Positions 41,248 to 51,877 of a stretch of DNA of 64,000 bases are shown here, piece by piece (the stretch's first letter is position 1; each line of letters opens with the position of its first letter). The notes beneath the pieces are model-generated. The model did no database searches, had not been told where the DNA came from, and saw only the letters and a program-made list of their open reading frames with translations. Source of the stretch: an uncultured Pelagibacteraceae bacterium (lineage in GTDB: Bacteria > Pseudomonadota > Alphaproteobacteria > Pelagibacterales > Pelagibacteraceae); the NCBI GenBank assembly GCA_902618485.1, contig CACNAR010000003.1, positions 32,268-96,267 of the forward strand. Direction: 5' to 3'. Both the position numbers and the translations under genes were made by a program.

Positions 41248-41838
41248 ATGAATTTAAATTTTAATGACTTTCAGAAGCAAGATTTGAAGTTTGATATCAA
41301 AAAACTTCAGGAAGCATACAAACAAGTATTATCAATAAAAGGTTTTACAGGTGTTACTGGAGTATCAAATTTTGGAGCTATCTCATTAACTCAAATTCCA
41401 GGAGATCCAGATTCTATAAAGGGCAACAAGGCTAGAGGTGTGTTTTGGACAAAACCTGATTCTAGTGGAAAAGAAGCCAGAAGAGATGAAGTGATAGATG
41501 AAGCTGCTTACTCAGAATTTATCAATGATTATAAAAATACCTATTTTAAAGAGGTCTTTGAAGTTCTTTCATCCAAATACAAGTTAGGAAGAGTAAGAGT
41601 TTTATTAAAAGAACCAAGATCAACATTAAGTTGGCATAGAGATCCAGAACCAAGACTACATATTCCAATTGTAACAAACCCAGGTTCAATAATGGTTATA
41701 GACAACGTTGCAAAACATATGCCAGCTGATGGATCTGTTTGGATAACTAATAATACTAAATATCATAATGCTTTTAACGGTGGAGAAGAAGATAGAGTCC
41801 ATTTAGTTGCTTGTGTTTTGGATTATAAATTTAATTAA
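41248..41838 (+). CDS. cupin-fold aspartyl/asparaginyl beta-hydroxylase-like (2OG/Fe(II) oxygenase) protein
   Basis: SWHRDPEPRLHIPIVTNPGS...TKYHNAFNGGEEDRVHLV matches the HxD...H, 'rlHlPl' and 'H.v.N.s...RvhLi' pattern of the Asp/Asn beta-hydroxylase family. AGGAGA RBS lies upstream. Confidence 0.65.
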   Translation: MNLNFNDFQKQDLKFDIKKLQEAYKQVLSIKGFTGVTGVSNFGAISLTQIPGDPDSIKGNKARGVFWTKPDSSGKEARRDEVIDEAAYSEFINDYKNTYFKEVFEVLSSKYKLGRVRVLLKEPRSTLSWHRDPEPRLHIPIVTNPGSIMVIDNVAKHMPADGSVWITNNTKYHNAFNGGEEDRVHLVACVLDYKFN

Positions 41839-41839
41839 T

Positions 41840-42265
41840 TTGAAAAAGGTTTTTATTTCATCAGATCATGCCGGATATCGTTTGAAGGAACAAATAAAAA
41901 AAAAATTTTCCAAAAAATTTATTTTTGAAGATCTAGGAACCTATGATTCAAAAAACTCAGTAAATTATCCAGATTATGCACATAGTCTGTGTAAAAAAGT
42001 AAGTAAAAAAAATCAAAATATGGGGATATTAGTGTGTGGATCAGGCATGGGAATGTCAATGGCAGCCAATAAACATAAGAAAATACGAGCAGCGGTGTGT
42101 TATTCGGTAAAAAATACGAAATTATCAAGATTGCATAACAATGCTAATATAATTACATTAGGTTCTAGATTGACAAAAAAAGATACAGCATTTAAATGTA
42201 TATCTGTGTTTTTTGCTACAAATTTTGAAGGTGGAAGACATAAAAAAAGAGTAAGAAAAATATAA
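41840..42265 (+). CDS. rpiB: ribose-5-phosphate isomerase B
   Basis: KKVFISSDHAGYRLKE..., GILVCGSGMGMSMAANK motifs. Start taken at TTG 41840, right after the upstream stop, instead of ORF-track 41807. Confidence 0.9.
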   Translation: MKKVFISSDHAGYRLKEQIKKKFSKKFIFEDLGTYDSKNSVNYPDYAHSLCKKVSKKNQNMGILVCGSGMGMSMAANKHKKIRAAVCYSVKNTKLSRLHNNANIITLGSRLTKKDTAFKCISVFFATNFEGGRHKKRVRKI

Positions 42266-42271
42266 ATTATT

Positions 42272-43585
42272 ATGTCAAGTGAAACTAAATATTTAAACTC
42301 AGATTATAAAAATTTTTTTGAAAAAAGTTTATCTCAATCTGACCCTGATTTATTCAAAGCAATTAACGATGAATTAGTTAGACAACAAAATCATATTGAA
42401 CTTATTGCTTCTGAAAACATTGTTTCTCAGGCGGTGTTAGAGGCACAAGGTTCGGTGCTAACAAATAAATATGCTGAAGGGTACCCGGGTAAGAGATATT
42501 ACAATGGATGCGAACATGTAGACGTAGCTGAGAAATTAGCTTTAGAGAGAATCAAAAAACTTTTTAATTGTAAGTATGCAAATGTGCAACCACATTCTGG
42601 TGCACAAGCAAATGGAGCTGTTTTTTTAGCCCTTCTAAAACCAAACGATACATTTATGGGTATGAGCTTAAATTCAGGAGGTCATATTACCCATGGATTA
42701 AAAATTTCAATGTCAGGGAAATGGTTCAATGCAATAAGTTATGATGTGGATAAGAAATCAGAGCTAATTGATTACGAAAATGTGGAGAAATTAGCTTTAG
42801 AACATAAACCTAAATTAATTATTGCTGGAGGAAGTGCATACTCGAGAGTAATTGATTTTAAAAGATTTCGTGAGATTGCAGATAAGGTTGGTGCGTACTT
42901 GATGGTTGACATGGCTCATTTTTCTGGTCTTGTTGCTGGAAAAGGTTATCCAAACCCATGTGATTATGCTCATGTAGTCACTTCAACAACTCACAAAGTT
43001 TTTAGAAGTGCAAGAGGTGGTATAATTTTATCAAATGATCTTGATCTAGGAAAAAAATTTGATACAGCAGTTTTTCCTGGATACCAAGGTGGGCCACTAA
43101 TGCACATAATTGCAGCAAAAGCCGCAGGGTTTTTCGAAGCACTTAAACCAGAATTTCAAGTTTATATAAAAGATGTTTTAGCTAATGCTAAAATGTTAGC
43201 CGAAACTTTAAAGAATAATGGATTTAAAATTTACTCTGGTGGTACAGATACCCATTTAATGTTAGTTGATCTAAGACCATTTAATGTGAAGGGAAATGTA
43301 GCCTCTGAAAGCCTGTGTAGAGCAAACATTACTTGTAATAAAAATGGAATTCCGTTTGACACTGAAAAACCGATGATCACATCAGGTATTAGGCTTGGCT
43401 CTCAAGCGGCAACAACAAGAGGTTTTGGTTTAAAAGAATTTGAAAAAGTTGGTAATTTAATCACAAAAGTAATAGAAGGTTTATCAAAAAATCCTGAGGA
43501 TAATAGTAAAATTGAGGAAGAAGTTAGAAACGAAGTTATAGACTTGTGCTCTCATTTCCCAATTTACAAAAATCTCAATCGATGA
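42272..43585 (+). CDS. glyA: serine hydroxymethyltransferase
   Basis: [37 protein letters not shown] (PLP Lys) motifs. Confidence 0.97.
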   Translation: MSSETKYLNSDYKNFFEKSLSQSDPDLFKAINDELVRQQNHIELIASENIVSQAVLEAQGSVLTNKYAEGYPGKRYYNGCEHVDVAEKLALERIKKLFNCKYANVQPHSGAQANGAVFLALLKPNDTFMGMSLNSGGHITHGLKISMSGKWFNAISYDVDKKSELIDYENVEKLALEHKPKLIIAGGSAYSRVIDFKRFREIADKVGAYLMVDMAHFSGLVAGKGYPNPCDYAHVVTSTTHKVFRSARGGIILSNDLDLGKKFDTAVFPGYQGGPLMHIIAAKAAGFFEALKPEFQVYIKDVLANAKMLAETLKNNGFKIYSGGTDTHLMLVDLRPFNVKGNVASESLCRANITCNKNGIPFDTEKPMITSGIRLGSQAATTRGFGLKEFEKVGNLITKVIEGLSKNPEDNSKIEEEVRNEVIDLCSHFPIYKNLNR

Positions 43586-44040
43586 TCTGTCCTTGTGAAA
43601 AGAAAGGTGAGACTTCTGTTGTGGATTCTCGCCCAACTGAAGATGGAACAGCAATTCGTAGAAGAAGATTATGTGAGTGCGGTACTAGATTTACAACATT
43701 TGAGAGAATTCAACATCGTGAAATAATGGTGGTAAAAAAAAACGGACGAAAATCTTCATTCGACAGGGATAAATTATCAAAATCAATTTACATAGCACTT
43801 AAGAAAAGACCACTAGATACTGAAACTATTGAGAAGTTTATCAGTAAAATTTCAAGATCTTTGGAGGAGTTAGGCCAAAATGAAATTTCTAGTAATACAA
43901 TTGGCACTATGGTTATGGAAGGTTTGAAAGATCTTGACCCTGTTGCATATGTCAGATTTGCATCTGTTTATAGAAATTTTAGAGAAGAAAAAGATTTTAT
44001 ACAATTTGTGGACAAGATAGATGTCTACAAAAAGAGATAA
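43582..44040 (+). CDS. nrdR: transcriptional repressor NrdR (variant zinc ribbon)
   Basis: [17 protein letters not shown]...[18 protein letters not shown] plus an ATP-cone. ATGA overlap with glyA. Both Cys pairs are CxC, not CxxC. Confidence 0.9.
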   Translation: MICPCEKKGETSVVDSRPTEDGTAIRRRRLCECGTRFTTFERIQHREIMVVKKNGRKSSFDRDKLSKSIYIALKKRPLDTETIEKFISKISRSLEELGQNEISSNTIGTMVMEGLKDLDPVAYVRFASVYRNFREEKDFIQFVDKIDVYKKR

Positions 44041-45124
44041 TTTCACATCAAAAGATAAGAGATTTATGAAACTTGCTTTAGACCTAGCGAGGGCTAGAAA
44101 AGGTTTAACTGGTGATAATCCATCTGTTGGATGCGTAATTGTAAAAAAAAATAGAATTATTTCTATTGGTCAAACTGGTTATGGAGGTAGACCTCATGCT
44201 GAACACAATGCAATTTTAAATTGTTTTGAAAACCTAAAAGGCTCTAAAATGTATATTACATTAGAACCTTGTAATCATTATGGAAAAACACCTCCTTGTA
44301 CCAATAATATAATTAAGAATAAAATTAGTGAGGTTTATTATTCAATTGATGACATTGATGTAAAAGTGAAAGGTAAAAGTTATTCAATTTTAAAAAAAAA
44401 TAACATTAATGTTAAAAAAGGCCTTCTAAAAAAAGAATCAATAAATTTATATAAATCATATTATTTAAATAGAAAAAAAAAACTGCCTTACGTGATTGGA
44501 AAAATTGCATTATCAAAAGATAAGATTATTTATAGCGATATACAAAAAAAAATTACTAACAAAAAATCGGATAAATTAACTCATTATCTAAGACTAAAAT
44601 GTGACGGTATAATGATTACCAGCAAAACACTAAACATAGATAATCCAAAACTTAATTGTAGATTAGAAGGATATATGCAGCATTCTCCAAAAAGAATTAT
44701 TTTAGATAAAAATTTAAAAATTGATTTAAAAAGTTATGTTGTTAAGTCTATAAAAAACAAAAATACAATTATCTTCTATAATTCAAACAATAAAATAAAA
44801 AAAAACTTTTTAAAAAAAAAAGGAGCTCTTTTGATAAATCAACCCACCCAAAGACATAAAAGCTTTAATTTAAAAAAAATTCTTAAAAAATTATATATGA
44901 TAGGAATTAAAAATCTTTTAGTAGAGGGCGGCGATAAATTAACAAAAAGTTTTCTTCAAAAAAGAATATTTAATGAATTTTATATGTTTAAAAGTTCAAA
45001 AAATTTATTAAAAGAAAATAAATATGTTAATTTTACATCTTCTGATATTCTGAATACTAAATATTATAAATATAAAACAAATTTTAAATTAGGCACTGAC
45101 AAGGTAACAATTTATAAAAATTAA
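44021..45124 (+). CDS. ribD: bifunctional riboflavin biosynthesis deaminase/reductase
   Basis: FMKLALDLA..., deaminase zinc motifs HAEHNAI and [15 protein letters not shown]-terminal RibD_C reductase domain. Confidence 0.92.
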   Translation: MSTKRDNFTSKDKRFMKLALDLARARKGLTGDNPSVGCVIVKKNRIISIGQTGYGGRPHAEHNAILNCFENLKGSKMYITLEPCNHYGKTPPCTNNIIKNKISEVYYSIDDIDVKVKGKSYSILKKNNINVKKGLLKKESINLYKSYYLNRKKKLPYVIGKIALSKDKIIYSDIQKKITNKKSDKLTHYLRLKCDGIMITSKTLNIDNPKLNCRLEGYMQHSPKRIILDKNLKIDLKSYVVKSIKNKNTIIFYNSNNKIKKNFLKKKGALLINQPTQRHKSFNLKKILKKLYMIGIKNLLVEGGDKLTKSFLQKRIFNEFYMFKSSKNLLKENKYVNFTSSDILNTKYYKYKTNFKLGTDKVTIYKN

Positions 45125-45125
45125 G

Positions 45126-45719
45126 ATGTTTAACGGAATTATATTCAACAAAGGTTCAATTACAAAGATTCTTAAAAGACCCAAAGGTATTAATATATTC
45201 ATAAAATCAGATCTAAAATTAAGTATGAGAGATATAGGTATTTCTGTAGCTTGCGATGGCGTTTGCCTTACTCTTATATCAATTAAAAATAAGATTATGG
45301 AGTTCTATCTTTCAGATGAAACAATAAATCGTTCTAAATTTAATTTTATTAAATTAAAAGATAAGATTAATCTAGAACTTCCACTTCAATACGGTCAAAA
45401 AATTTCAGGCCATATTTGTCAAGGTCACGTTGATACTATCGGAAAAATATTAAGTATAAAAAAAATTGATAAATCTTACTTATTTGATTTTCAAATTAGT
45501 AAAAAAGAGAGAAAAAATATTATTGAAAAAGCTTCAATTAGTATAAACGGTATTTCTCTAACAATTTCAAAAGTAACAAGTAAAGGTTTTCAAATCTGGA
45601 TTATTCCTCACACATATAAATTAACAAATTTATCATCTCTTAAAAAAGATAGTTTTGTTAATGTTGAGATAGATATTCTTTCAAAATACGTTAGGAATTA
45701 TTTTTATGAAAAAAAATAA
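45126..45719 (+). CDS. ribE: riboflavin synthase (alpha chain)
   Basis: MFNGIIFNKGSI...ACDGVCLT...INGISLTI; duplicated lumazine-binding repeats. Confidence 0.92.
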   Translation: MFNGIIFNKGSITKILKRPKGINIFIKSDLKLSMRDIGISVACDGVCLTLISIKNKIMEFYLSDETINRSKFNFIKLKDKINLELPLQYGQKISGHICQGHVDTIGKILSIKKIDKSYLFDFQISKKERKNIIEKASISINGISLTISKVTSKGFQIWIIPHTYKLTNLSSLKKDSFVNVEIDILSKYVRNYFYEKK

Positions 45720-46809
45720 TTATTCATCAATAGAAACTATAATAAACATTGCAAAAAGAGGAGGTATGTACATTTTAGTCGATGATGAAAAAAGAGAAAA
45801 TGAAGGTGACTTAGTTATGTCAACTTCTGATACTAATGCTCGCAACATTAATTTTATGGCTAAATATGGAAGAGGTTTAATTTGTCTAGCATTGGATAGT
45901 ATTCAAGCTAAAAGATTGAATTTATCTTTAATGTCACCTGTGAATCAATCTAGAAATCAAACAGCGTTTACAGTTTCAATCGAAGCAAAAAAAGGAATTA
46001 CAACTGGTATTTCGGCAAAAGATAGGGCTAGAACTATTAAGATTGCATCAAAAAAAAATGTAAGTAAAAAAGACATTGTATCACCAGGTCATGTCTTTCC
46101 AATTATCGCACAAGATGGTGGTGTCCTTGTTAGAGCTGGTCACACTGAGGCTTCGGTTGATATCTCAAAATTAGCTAGAAAAAATAACTCAGCCGTGATT
46201 TGTGAAATTATGAATGAAGATGGATCTATGGCGAAGGGTCAAAAACTTCTAAATTTTGCTAATAAACACAACCTTAAGATTGGAAAAATTGAGGATCTTA
46301 TTTCTTATCGTTTAAAAAAAGAAAAATTAGTGAAACTAAAAAAAACATCCGAAATTAAGATTAAAAAACAAAAATATAAAATTAAAATATATGAAAACTT
46401 ATTAGATGGATCAGAACATTTTGCACTTATTAAGGGTTCGCTAAAGAAATCTATAATTCCACGAGTTAGAGTTATTTCATCTAATGTTGTTTATAATTAT
46501 TTAATAAGTCAAAAGTTACCTAACTCATTTGATAAAACTATAAATTATTTTAAAAAATATAATAATTGTGTATTAATATTTATTAAAGACACTAACTTAA
46601 AATCTGTTACACAAACATTAAAAAGCTTTAAAAATAAAGATTTTAAAAAAAGAAAAGGAAAAGATAACCTTATAAGAAATTATGGTATAGGTGCACAAAT
46701 TATTAAAGACTTAAAGATTTATAAAATGATATTAATCACAAAAACACCAAAAAAAGTTGTTGGACTTGAGGGTTTTAATATTAAAATTACAAAACAAGAA
46801 TTAATTTAA
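45706..46809 (+). CDS. ribB: 3,4-dihydroxy-2-butanone-4-phosphate synthase with degenerate GTP cyclohydrolase II-like C-terminal domain
   Basis: N-terminal DHBP synthase (VDDEKRENEGDLV, RAGHTEASVD). The C-terminal half aligns in position with GCH II but reads RVRVISSNVVYNYL, with no Cys zinc triad. Confidence 0.85.
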   Translation: MKKNNYSSIETIINIAKRGGMYILVDDEKRENEGDLVMSTSDTNARNINFMAKYGRGLICLALDSIQAKRLNLSLMSPVNQSRNQTAFTVSIEAKKGITTGISAKDRARTIKIASKKNVSKKDIVSPGHVFPIIAQDGGVLVRAGHTEASVDISKLARKNNSAVICEIMNEDGSMAKGQKLLNFANKHNLKIGKIEDLISYRLKKEKLVKLKKTSEIKIKKQKYKIKIYENLLDGSEHFALIKGSLKKSIIPRVRVISSNVVYNYLISQKLPNSFDKTINYFKKYNNCVLIFIKDTNLKSVTQTLKSFKNKDFKKRKGKDNLIRNYGIGAQIIKDLKIYKMILITKTPKKVVGLEGFNIKITKQELI

Positions 46810-47198
46810 TGAAAAAAAAAATATTAATCGTTATAGCTAACTACTATAAGGAAATTTCTTTAGGTTTGTTAAATAGTGCAAAAAAAAACCTTCCTAGATC
46901 TTTCGAAATAAAAGTAATAGAAGTTCCAGGTGTTTTCGAAATACCAATTACCATATCAAAATATTTAAAAAAATTTGACGCTTTTATTGCTCTTGGATGT
47001 GTTATCAAAGGTAAAACTCCTCATTTTGATTTCATATCTCAATCTTCAACTAATGCTATTATGAATTTAGCAATAAATTCAAAAAAACCGATAGGAAATG
47101 GAATCCTTACCTGTCTAAATATAAATCAAGCAAAGATCAGAAAAAAAAAAGGTGCTGAAGCAGCAAAAGCTATTATTTCAGTTTTATCTCAAAAATGA
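46809..47198 (+). CDS. ribH: 6,7-dimethyl-8-ribityllumazine synthase
   Basis: VPGVFEIP...LGCVIKGKTPHFDFIS... motifs; rib operon context. Confidence 0.92.
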   Translation: MKKKILIVIANYYKEISLGLLNSAKKNLPRSFEIKVIEVPGVFEIPITISKYLKKFDAFIALGCVIKGKTPHFDFISQSSTNAIMNLAINSKKPIGNGILTCLNINQAKIRKKKGAEAAKAIISVLSQK

Positions 47199-47599
47199 GA
47201 CCAAAGTACACTGCAAAAAATAATCCGAGAGTTATAATTATTCAAAAATTATACAGCTTTTTATATAATAATGATGACAAAATTGAATTTCCAAAACATA
47301 GGTTTAAAAAATTTATTAAAGACATTGTTCTGGGCACAATTGAACGAAATGAAATTATTATAGAAGAGTTGGATAAAAATCTTGGTGTGAACTTTAGTTT
47401 ATTTAAGCTAGATAAGATATTTCAAGTTATTTTAAAATCAGCAACATATGAAATCTTGTATAAACCTAATGTGTCGATAAAAATAATCATTAAAGAGTAT
47501 CTTGATGCATCTAATTTCTTTTTAAATGAGTCTCAGACTAAATATCTAAATGCATTATTAGACAATGCAGCCAAAAAGTTAAGATATTCAAATGCATGA
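47195..47599 (+). CDS. nusB: transcription antitermination factor NusB
   Basis: 134 aa helical protein directly after ribH (the conserved ribH-nusB pairing). The sequence is divergent but the size and layout fit. Confidence 0.75.
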   Translation: MRPKYTAKNNPRVIIIQKLYSFLYNNDDKIEFPKHRFKKFIKDIVLGTIERNEIIIEELDKNLGVNFSLFKLDKIFQVILKSATYEILYKPNVSIKIIIKEYLDASNFFLNESQTKYLNALLDNAAKKLRYSNA

Positions 47600-48551
47600 A
47601 TTTGATATAATAAAAAAATATTTTTCTAATCTTTCATTAGGCAATAAAAATTCACTAAACTTAAATGATGACGTTTTTTTTGATAAAAAAAAAAAATTAG
47701 TTATTTCAGTAGACACTTATGTGTATAAATCTCATTTCTTTGATTTTAAAAAACCTCATTTAGTAATTAAAAAGATACTCAGGTCATCTATCTCTGATTT
47801 AATATGCAAGGGTGTTAAACCGAAATATTATTTTATTTCAGGTTCAGGAAACAAAAAAACATTTACAAAATTAAATTTAAATAGAATTTCTTTTTCACTT
47901 AAACAGGAACAAAAAAAATTTGGTATTTATTTATCTGGTGGGGATACAGTTTTTTCTAATAAATTAAGCTTTACAATTACATCAGTTGGTTTTTCTGACA
48001 ATATAATATTTAGGAATAATGCAAAAATAAACGATGATATTTATGTATCAGGTAATTTAGGTGATAGTCATACAGGTTTAAAAATTTTAAAGAAAGATAT
48101 TCTGTTAAGTAAACATTTAAGTAAATATTTTGTCAGGAAATATTATCTTCCTGAATTACATTTAGATTTAACAAAAAAATTACATAATTTCGTAAATACA
48201 TCTATAGATATTTCTGATGGTCTTTTTGCTGATTTAGACAAATTAATTAATAAACAGAATCTTTCTTACAAAATACACTTAGCTGATGTTCCAATATCTA
48301 AAAAACTAAAAGATATGTTGTTAGAAAAAAAATTGAAAAAAATTGACTTCATATCAAGAGGCGATGATTATCAAATATTATTCACAGCATCTAAAAAAAA
48401 GGCTAGAATCATTAAAAGAACATTTAAATCTTTAGGGATAAAAGTTTCAAAAATTGGAAAAATCTGTTCAAGTAATCAAAAATCACAAATTATTGATGAA
48501 AAAGGGAATAAAACTAACATAAAAAATAAAGGCTATTTGCACAAATTTTAG
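47592..48551 (+). CDS. thiL: thiamine-monophosphate kinase
   Basis: EFDIIKKYF...NDDVFF...ISVDTYVYKSHF N-terminal AIR-synthase-like motifs, GGDTV, conserved nusB-thiL adjacency. Confidence 0.82.
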   Translation: MHEFDIIKKYFSNLSLGNKNSLNLNDDVFFDKKKKLVISVDTYVYKSHFFDFKKPHLVIKKILRSSISDLICKGVKPKYYFISGSGNKKTFTKLNLNRISFSLKQEQKKFGIYLSGGDTVFSNKLSFTITSVGFSDNIIFRNNAKINDDIYVSGNLGDSHTGLKILKKDILLSKHLSKYFVRKYYLPELHLDLTKKLHNFVNTSIDISDGLFADLDKLINKQNLSYKIHLADVPISKKLKDMLLEKKLKKIDFISRGDDYQILFTASKKKARIIKRTFKSLGIKVSKIGKICSSNQKSQIIDEKGNKTNIKNKGYLHKF

Positions 48552-48632
48552 AAGTTATTTATTGCCTTTTATACTTTTTTTTGTATTGTCCGCCTTTTAT
48601 AAATAATAAGCAACAACTTAATTAAGGTTTAT

Positions 48633-50738
48633 ATGAATTCAACAACAGAGACTATCCTTTTATATACAATAGGTGCAGGATTATTATCAATTGTTTATGG
48701 ATATCTAACAGGAAAAAGTATTTTAAATTCAAGTGCAGGAAACTCAAAGATGCAAGACATTGCATCTGCTATTCAAATTGGTGCTAAGGCTTATCTCGCA
48801 AGACAGTATAAGACAATTGCAATCGTTGGTGTTGTAGTATTAGTCATTGTAAGTTTTGCTTTTAGTATGCTGGTTGGAATAGGTTATTTAATTGGTGCAA
48901 CATTATCTGGAATAGCTGGATATGTAGGAATGTTAGTTTCTGTCCAAGCGAATGTTAGAACTGCAGAAGCATCGAGAAAAGGGCTAGCTAATGGTCTTTC
49001 AGTAGCTTTTAAGTCTGGTGCTGTAACTGGTATGCTTGTTGCTGGTTTAGCTTTATTATCAATTGCTGTTTATTACTATTTATTATTAAAATTTGATGTT
49101 GAAGAGAGAGAGATTGTAAATGCTCTTGTTGCACTCGGTTTCGGTGCTTCATTGATATCTATTTTTGCCAGATTAGGTGGAGGTATTTTTACAAAAGGTG
49201 CAGATGTTGGAGCGGATTTAGTTGGTAAAGTAGAGGCCGGTATACCAGAAGATGATCCAAGGAATCCTGCTGTTATAGCCGATAATGTTGGTGATAATGT
49301 CGGTGATTGTGCAGGAATGGCTGCTGATTTATTTGAAACTTATGCTGTAACAATTGTTGCAACAATGGTTTTATCTTCAATATTTTTTCCTGGTGACTTA
49401 TCTATGATGATTTACCCTTTAACTATTGGTGGTGCTTGTATTTTGACATCAATAATTGGAACCTTTTTTGTAAAACTTGGTGGTAGTAAGAATGTTATGG
49501 GAGCTTTATACAAGGGATTTGTTGTTTCTGCCTTAACTTCATTGATAATTTTATATCCAGTTACAAACTTTGTTTTGGGTTTAGAAAATTCATATGATCT
49601 TAATAACAAGTCCTTCACAGGCATGAGTTTATATTATTGTGGTGTAATTGGATTAATTATTACAGGTTTATTAATTTGGGTGACAGAATATTATACAGGA
49701 ACCAATTATAGACCCGTAAGAAGTGTTGCGAATTCATCAACAACAGGACATGGTACCAATGTAATACAAGGCTTGGCTATTTCATTAGAAGCTACTGCTA
49801 TACCAGCACTAATTATAGTTTCAGGTATTTTACTCACTAATCATATTGCTGGTCTATATGGAATTGCTATAGCAGTAACAACTATGTTGGCATTAGCGGG
49901 TATGGTTGTAGCTTTAGATGCTTATGGACCTGTTACTGATAATGCTGGTGGTATTGCAGAAATGTCCAAGCTGCCAAATAATGTTAGAAAAACAACGGAT
50001 GCTTTAGATGCCGTAGGAAATACAACAAAAGCAGTGACAAAAGGTTATGCAATAGGTTCTGCAGGATTAGGTGCTTTAGTTTTATTTGCAGCTTATACAG
50101 AGGATATTAAACATTTTTCAAAAGAAGCTGGATCAAAGTTAGAGGGTATCGTGGTGACGTTTGATTTATCTAACCCTTATGTTGTAGTAGGTTTATTGAT
50201 TGGTGGAATGCTTCCTTATTTGTTTGGATCAATGGGTATGCAGGCTGTGGGTAGAGCAGGTGGTGCAGTAGTAATAGAAGTTAGAAGACAATTCAAGAAG
50301 TACCCTGGAATTATGAAAAGAAAACAAAAACCTGATTATGCCAAGTTAGTTGACTTGTTAACAGTTGCAGCTATTAAAGAGATGATTATTCCATCTTTAC
50401 TTCCAGTATTATCACCTATTATTTTATACTTTGTTATTTTTGCAATAGGAGGTCAAGTGGCTGCATTAGCTTCTGTTGGAGCGATGTTGTTAGGTGTAAT
50501 TATTACTGGATTATTTGTTGCAGTTTCAATGACTGCTGGTGGTGGTGCATGGGATAACGCCAAGAAATATATTGAAGATGGTAATCATGGTGGAAAAGGC
50601 TCAGAGGCTCATAAAGCTGCTGTAACTGGAGATACAGTTGGAGATCCTTATAAAGATACAGCTGGTCCTGCAGTAAACCCAATGATAAAGATAACAAACA
50701 TCGTTGCCTTGTTACTCTTAGCTGTTATCGCTGGCTAA
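48633..50738 (+). CDS. hppA: membrane-bound proton/sodium-translocating pyrophosphatase
   Basis: [64 protein letters not shown] motifs. Confidence 0.97.
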   Translation: MNSTTETILLYTIGAGLLSIVYGYLTGKSILNSSAGNSKMQDIASAIQIGAKAYLARQYKTIAIVGVVVLVIVSFAFSMLVGIGYLIGATLSGIAGYVGMLVSVQANVRTAEASRKGLANGLSVAFKSGAVTGMLVAGLALLSIAVYYYLLLKFDVEEREIVNALVALGFGASLISIFARLGGGIFTKGADVGADLVGKVEAGIPEDDPRNPAVIADNVGDNVGDCAGMAADLFETYAVTIVATMVLSSIFFPGDLSMMIYPLTIGGACILTSIIGTFFVKLGGSKNVMGALYKGFVVSALTSLIILYPVTNFVLGLENSYDLNNKSFTGMSLYYCGVIGLIITGLLIWVTEYYTGTNYRPVRSVANSSTTGHGTNVIQGLAISLEATAIPALIIVSGILLTNHIAGLYGIAIAVTTMLALAGMVVALDAYGPVTDNAGGIAEMSKLPNNVRKTTDALDAVGNTTKAVTKGYAIGSAGLGALVLFAAYTEDIKHFSKEAGSKLEGIVVTFDLSNPYVVVGLLIGGMLPYLFGSMGMQAVGRAGGAVVIEVRRQFKKYPGIMKRKQKPDYAKLVDLLTVAAIKEMIIPSLLPVLSPIILYFVIFAIGGQVAALASVGAMLLGVIITGLFVAVSMTAGGGAWDNAKKYIEDGNHGGKGSEAHKAAVTGDTVGDPYKDTAGPAVNPMIKITNIVALLLLAVIAG

Positions 50739-51228
50739 TTTCTTTACGTTTTTTTGCCCTAACACCAAGCGGGTCATTAATTTTTTGTCTCATACTGGAC
50801 ATAAAGTCATATATAAAAGAATTTTTAGTTATGTTTCCCTGTGTAGTTTCCTTTACAATGTTTATTTTTTTCATATCTTTTAAATCATAAAAATCTTTTT
50901 TTTTTAAAATACCATAATTATCAATCTCAAGTACCAGTACATCGTTTTTATAAATTTTCATTCTTCCTAGGTTTTTTAATCGAGATTGAGTTTGCTTTCT
51001 TTCAATGTATATCCAAACATCATTATTAAATTTACTTCTAGTTGAGGGATTTCCTAATAGATCTATAATTTCATTTTTGTTTGACACATTTATCACTAAA
51101 TTTTTTTGTTTTTTTTCAAGGAATGAAACACCATGATGCTTTACAACTTTTTTAAAAGAACAATTAGTGACTATCAAAGATATAATAAATAGATATAATA
51201 TATTTTTCATGGATAAAAATTTCATCAA
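50725..51228 (-). CDS. bamE: outer-membrane lipoprotein BamE (SmpA/OmlA family)
   Basis: Lipobox LIVTNC after a signal peptide; HHGVSF...LLGNPS...DVWIYI BamE-like core. The start may be 51210 (MKNILY...). Confidence 0.75.
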   Translation of the reverse strand: MMKFLSMKNILYLFIISLIVTNCSFKKVVKHHGVSFLEKKQKNLVINVSNKNEIIDLLGNPSTRSKFNNDVWIYIERKQTQSRLKNLGRMKIYKNDVLVLEIDNYGILKKKDFYDLKDMKKINIVKETTQGNITKNSFIYDFMSSMRQKINDPLGVRAKKRKEISQR

Positions 51229-51676
51229 TATTTATAATTATTTAATTAATTACACTAGAAATGAACAATTATACAGTTCATTAAATAGAAATGATAATTT
51301 TTCTGATAGATTAACTCTTTTTTTATTACATTTTGCGTTTTTTTTAAAAAATTTTAAAAATGAGGAAAATAAAGAAGTTTTACAAAAAATTTATGATTTT
51401 AATTTTCGTCAATTAGAACTTAGCATAAGGGAAATTGGTTACGGAGATCAGTCAATTAACAAAAAAATGAAGGTTTATATTAATTTATTTCATTCAATGG
51501 TTAGTGAAATTCATTTTTGGGATGATTTAGATAGAGAAAAAAAAATTGAAAAATTATCAATTTTTTTAGAGGATTTTAAAAATATAGACGAATTTGTTGA
51601 TTATTTTGAAGTTTTTAGAGAGGAATTATCAAAAAAAAATTTGAATTATTTAATAAAAGGTGTAATTAACACTTAA
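51209..51676 (+). CDS. ubiquinol-cytochrome c chaperone (Cbp3)-family protein
   Basis: [16 protein letters not shown]...[23 protein letters not shown] matches the Cbp3-domain pattern. Start taken at ATG 51209. Confidence 0.65.
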   Translation: MDKNFINIYNYLINYTRNEQLYSSLNRNDNFSDRLTLFLLHFAFFLKNFKNEENKEVLQKIYDFNFRQLELSIREIGYGDQSINKKMKVYINLFHSMVSEIHFWDDLDREKKIEKLSIFLEDFKNIDEFVDYFEVFREELSKKNLNYLIKGVINT

Positions 51677-51678
51677 TT

Positions 51679-51861
51679 ATGGCAGTCCCAAAACGAAAAC
51701 AAACACCATCAAGAACTGGTATGAGAAGATCTCAGAATATGAAATTTTCATCAAAAAACGTTATTGAAGATAAGAAAACTGGTGAGTACAGATTATCACA
51801 TCATTTAGATTTAAAAACGGGAATGTATAAAGGAAGACAAGTTTTAGACCCTAAAGAATAA
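51679..51861 (+). CDS. rpmF: 50S ribosomal protein L32
   Basis: [18 protein letters not shown] start is canonical L32; followed by plsX. Confidence 0.95.
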   Translation: MAVPKRKQTPSRTGMRRSQNMKFSSKNVIEDKKTGEYRLSHHLDLKTGMYKGRQVLDPKE

Positions 51862-51877
51862 TTTTAAAGATTTTAAG

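Noticed and set aside
43546-45124. Looked for FMN (upstream of ribD/ribB), TPP (upstream of thiL) and glycine (near glyA/sox) riboswitches.
   Set aside because: These genes are joined by overlaps or gaps of a few nucleotides (glyA-nrdR-ribD-ribE-ribB-ribH-nusB-thiL). There is therefore no leader space, and none of the conserved cores was seen.
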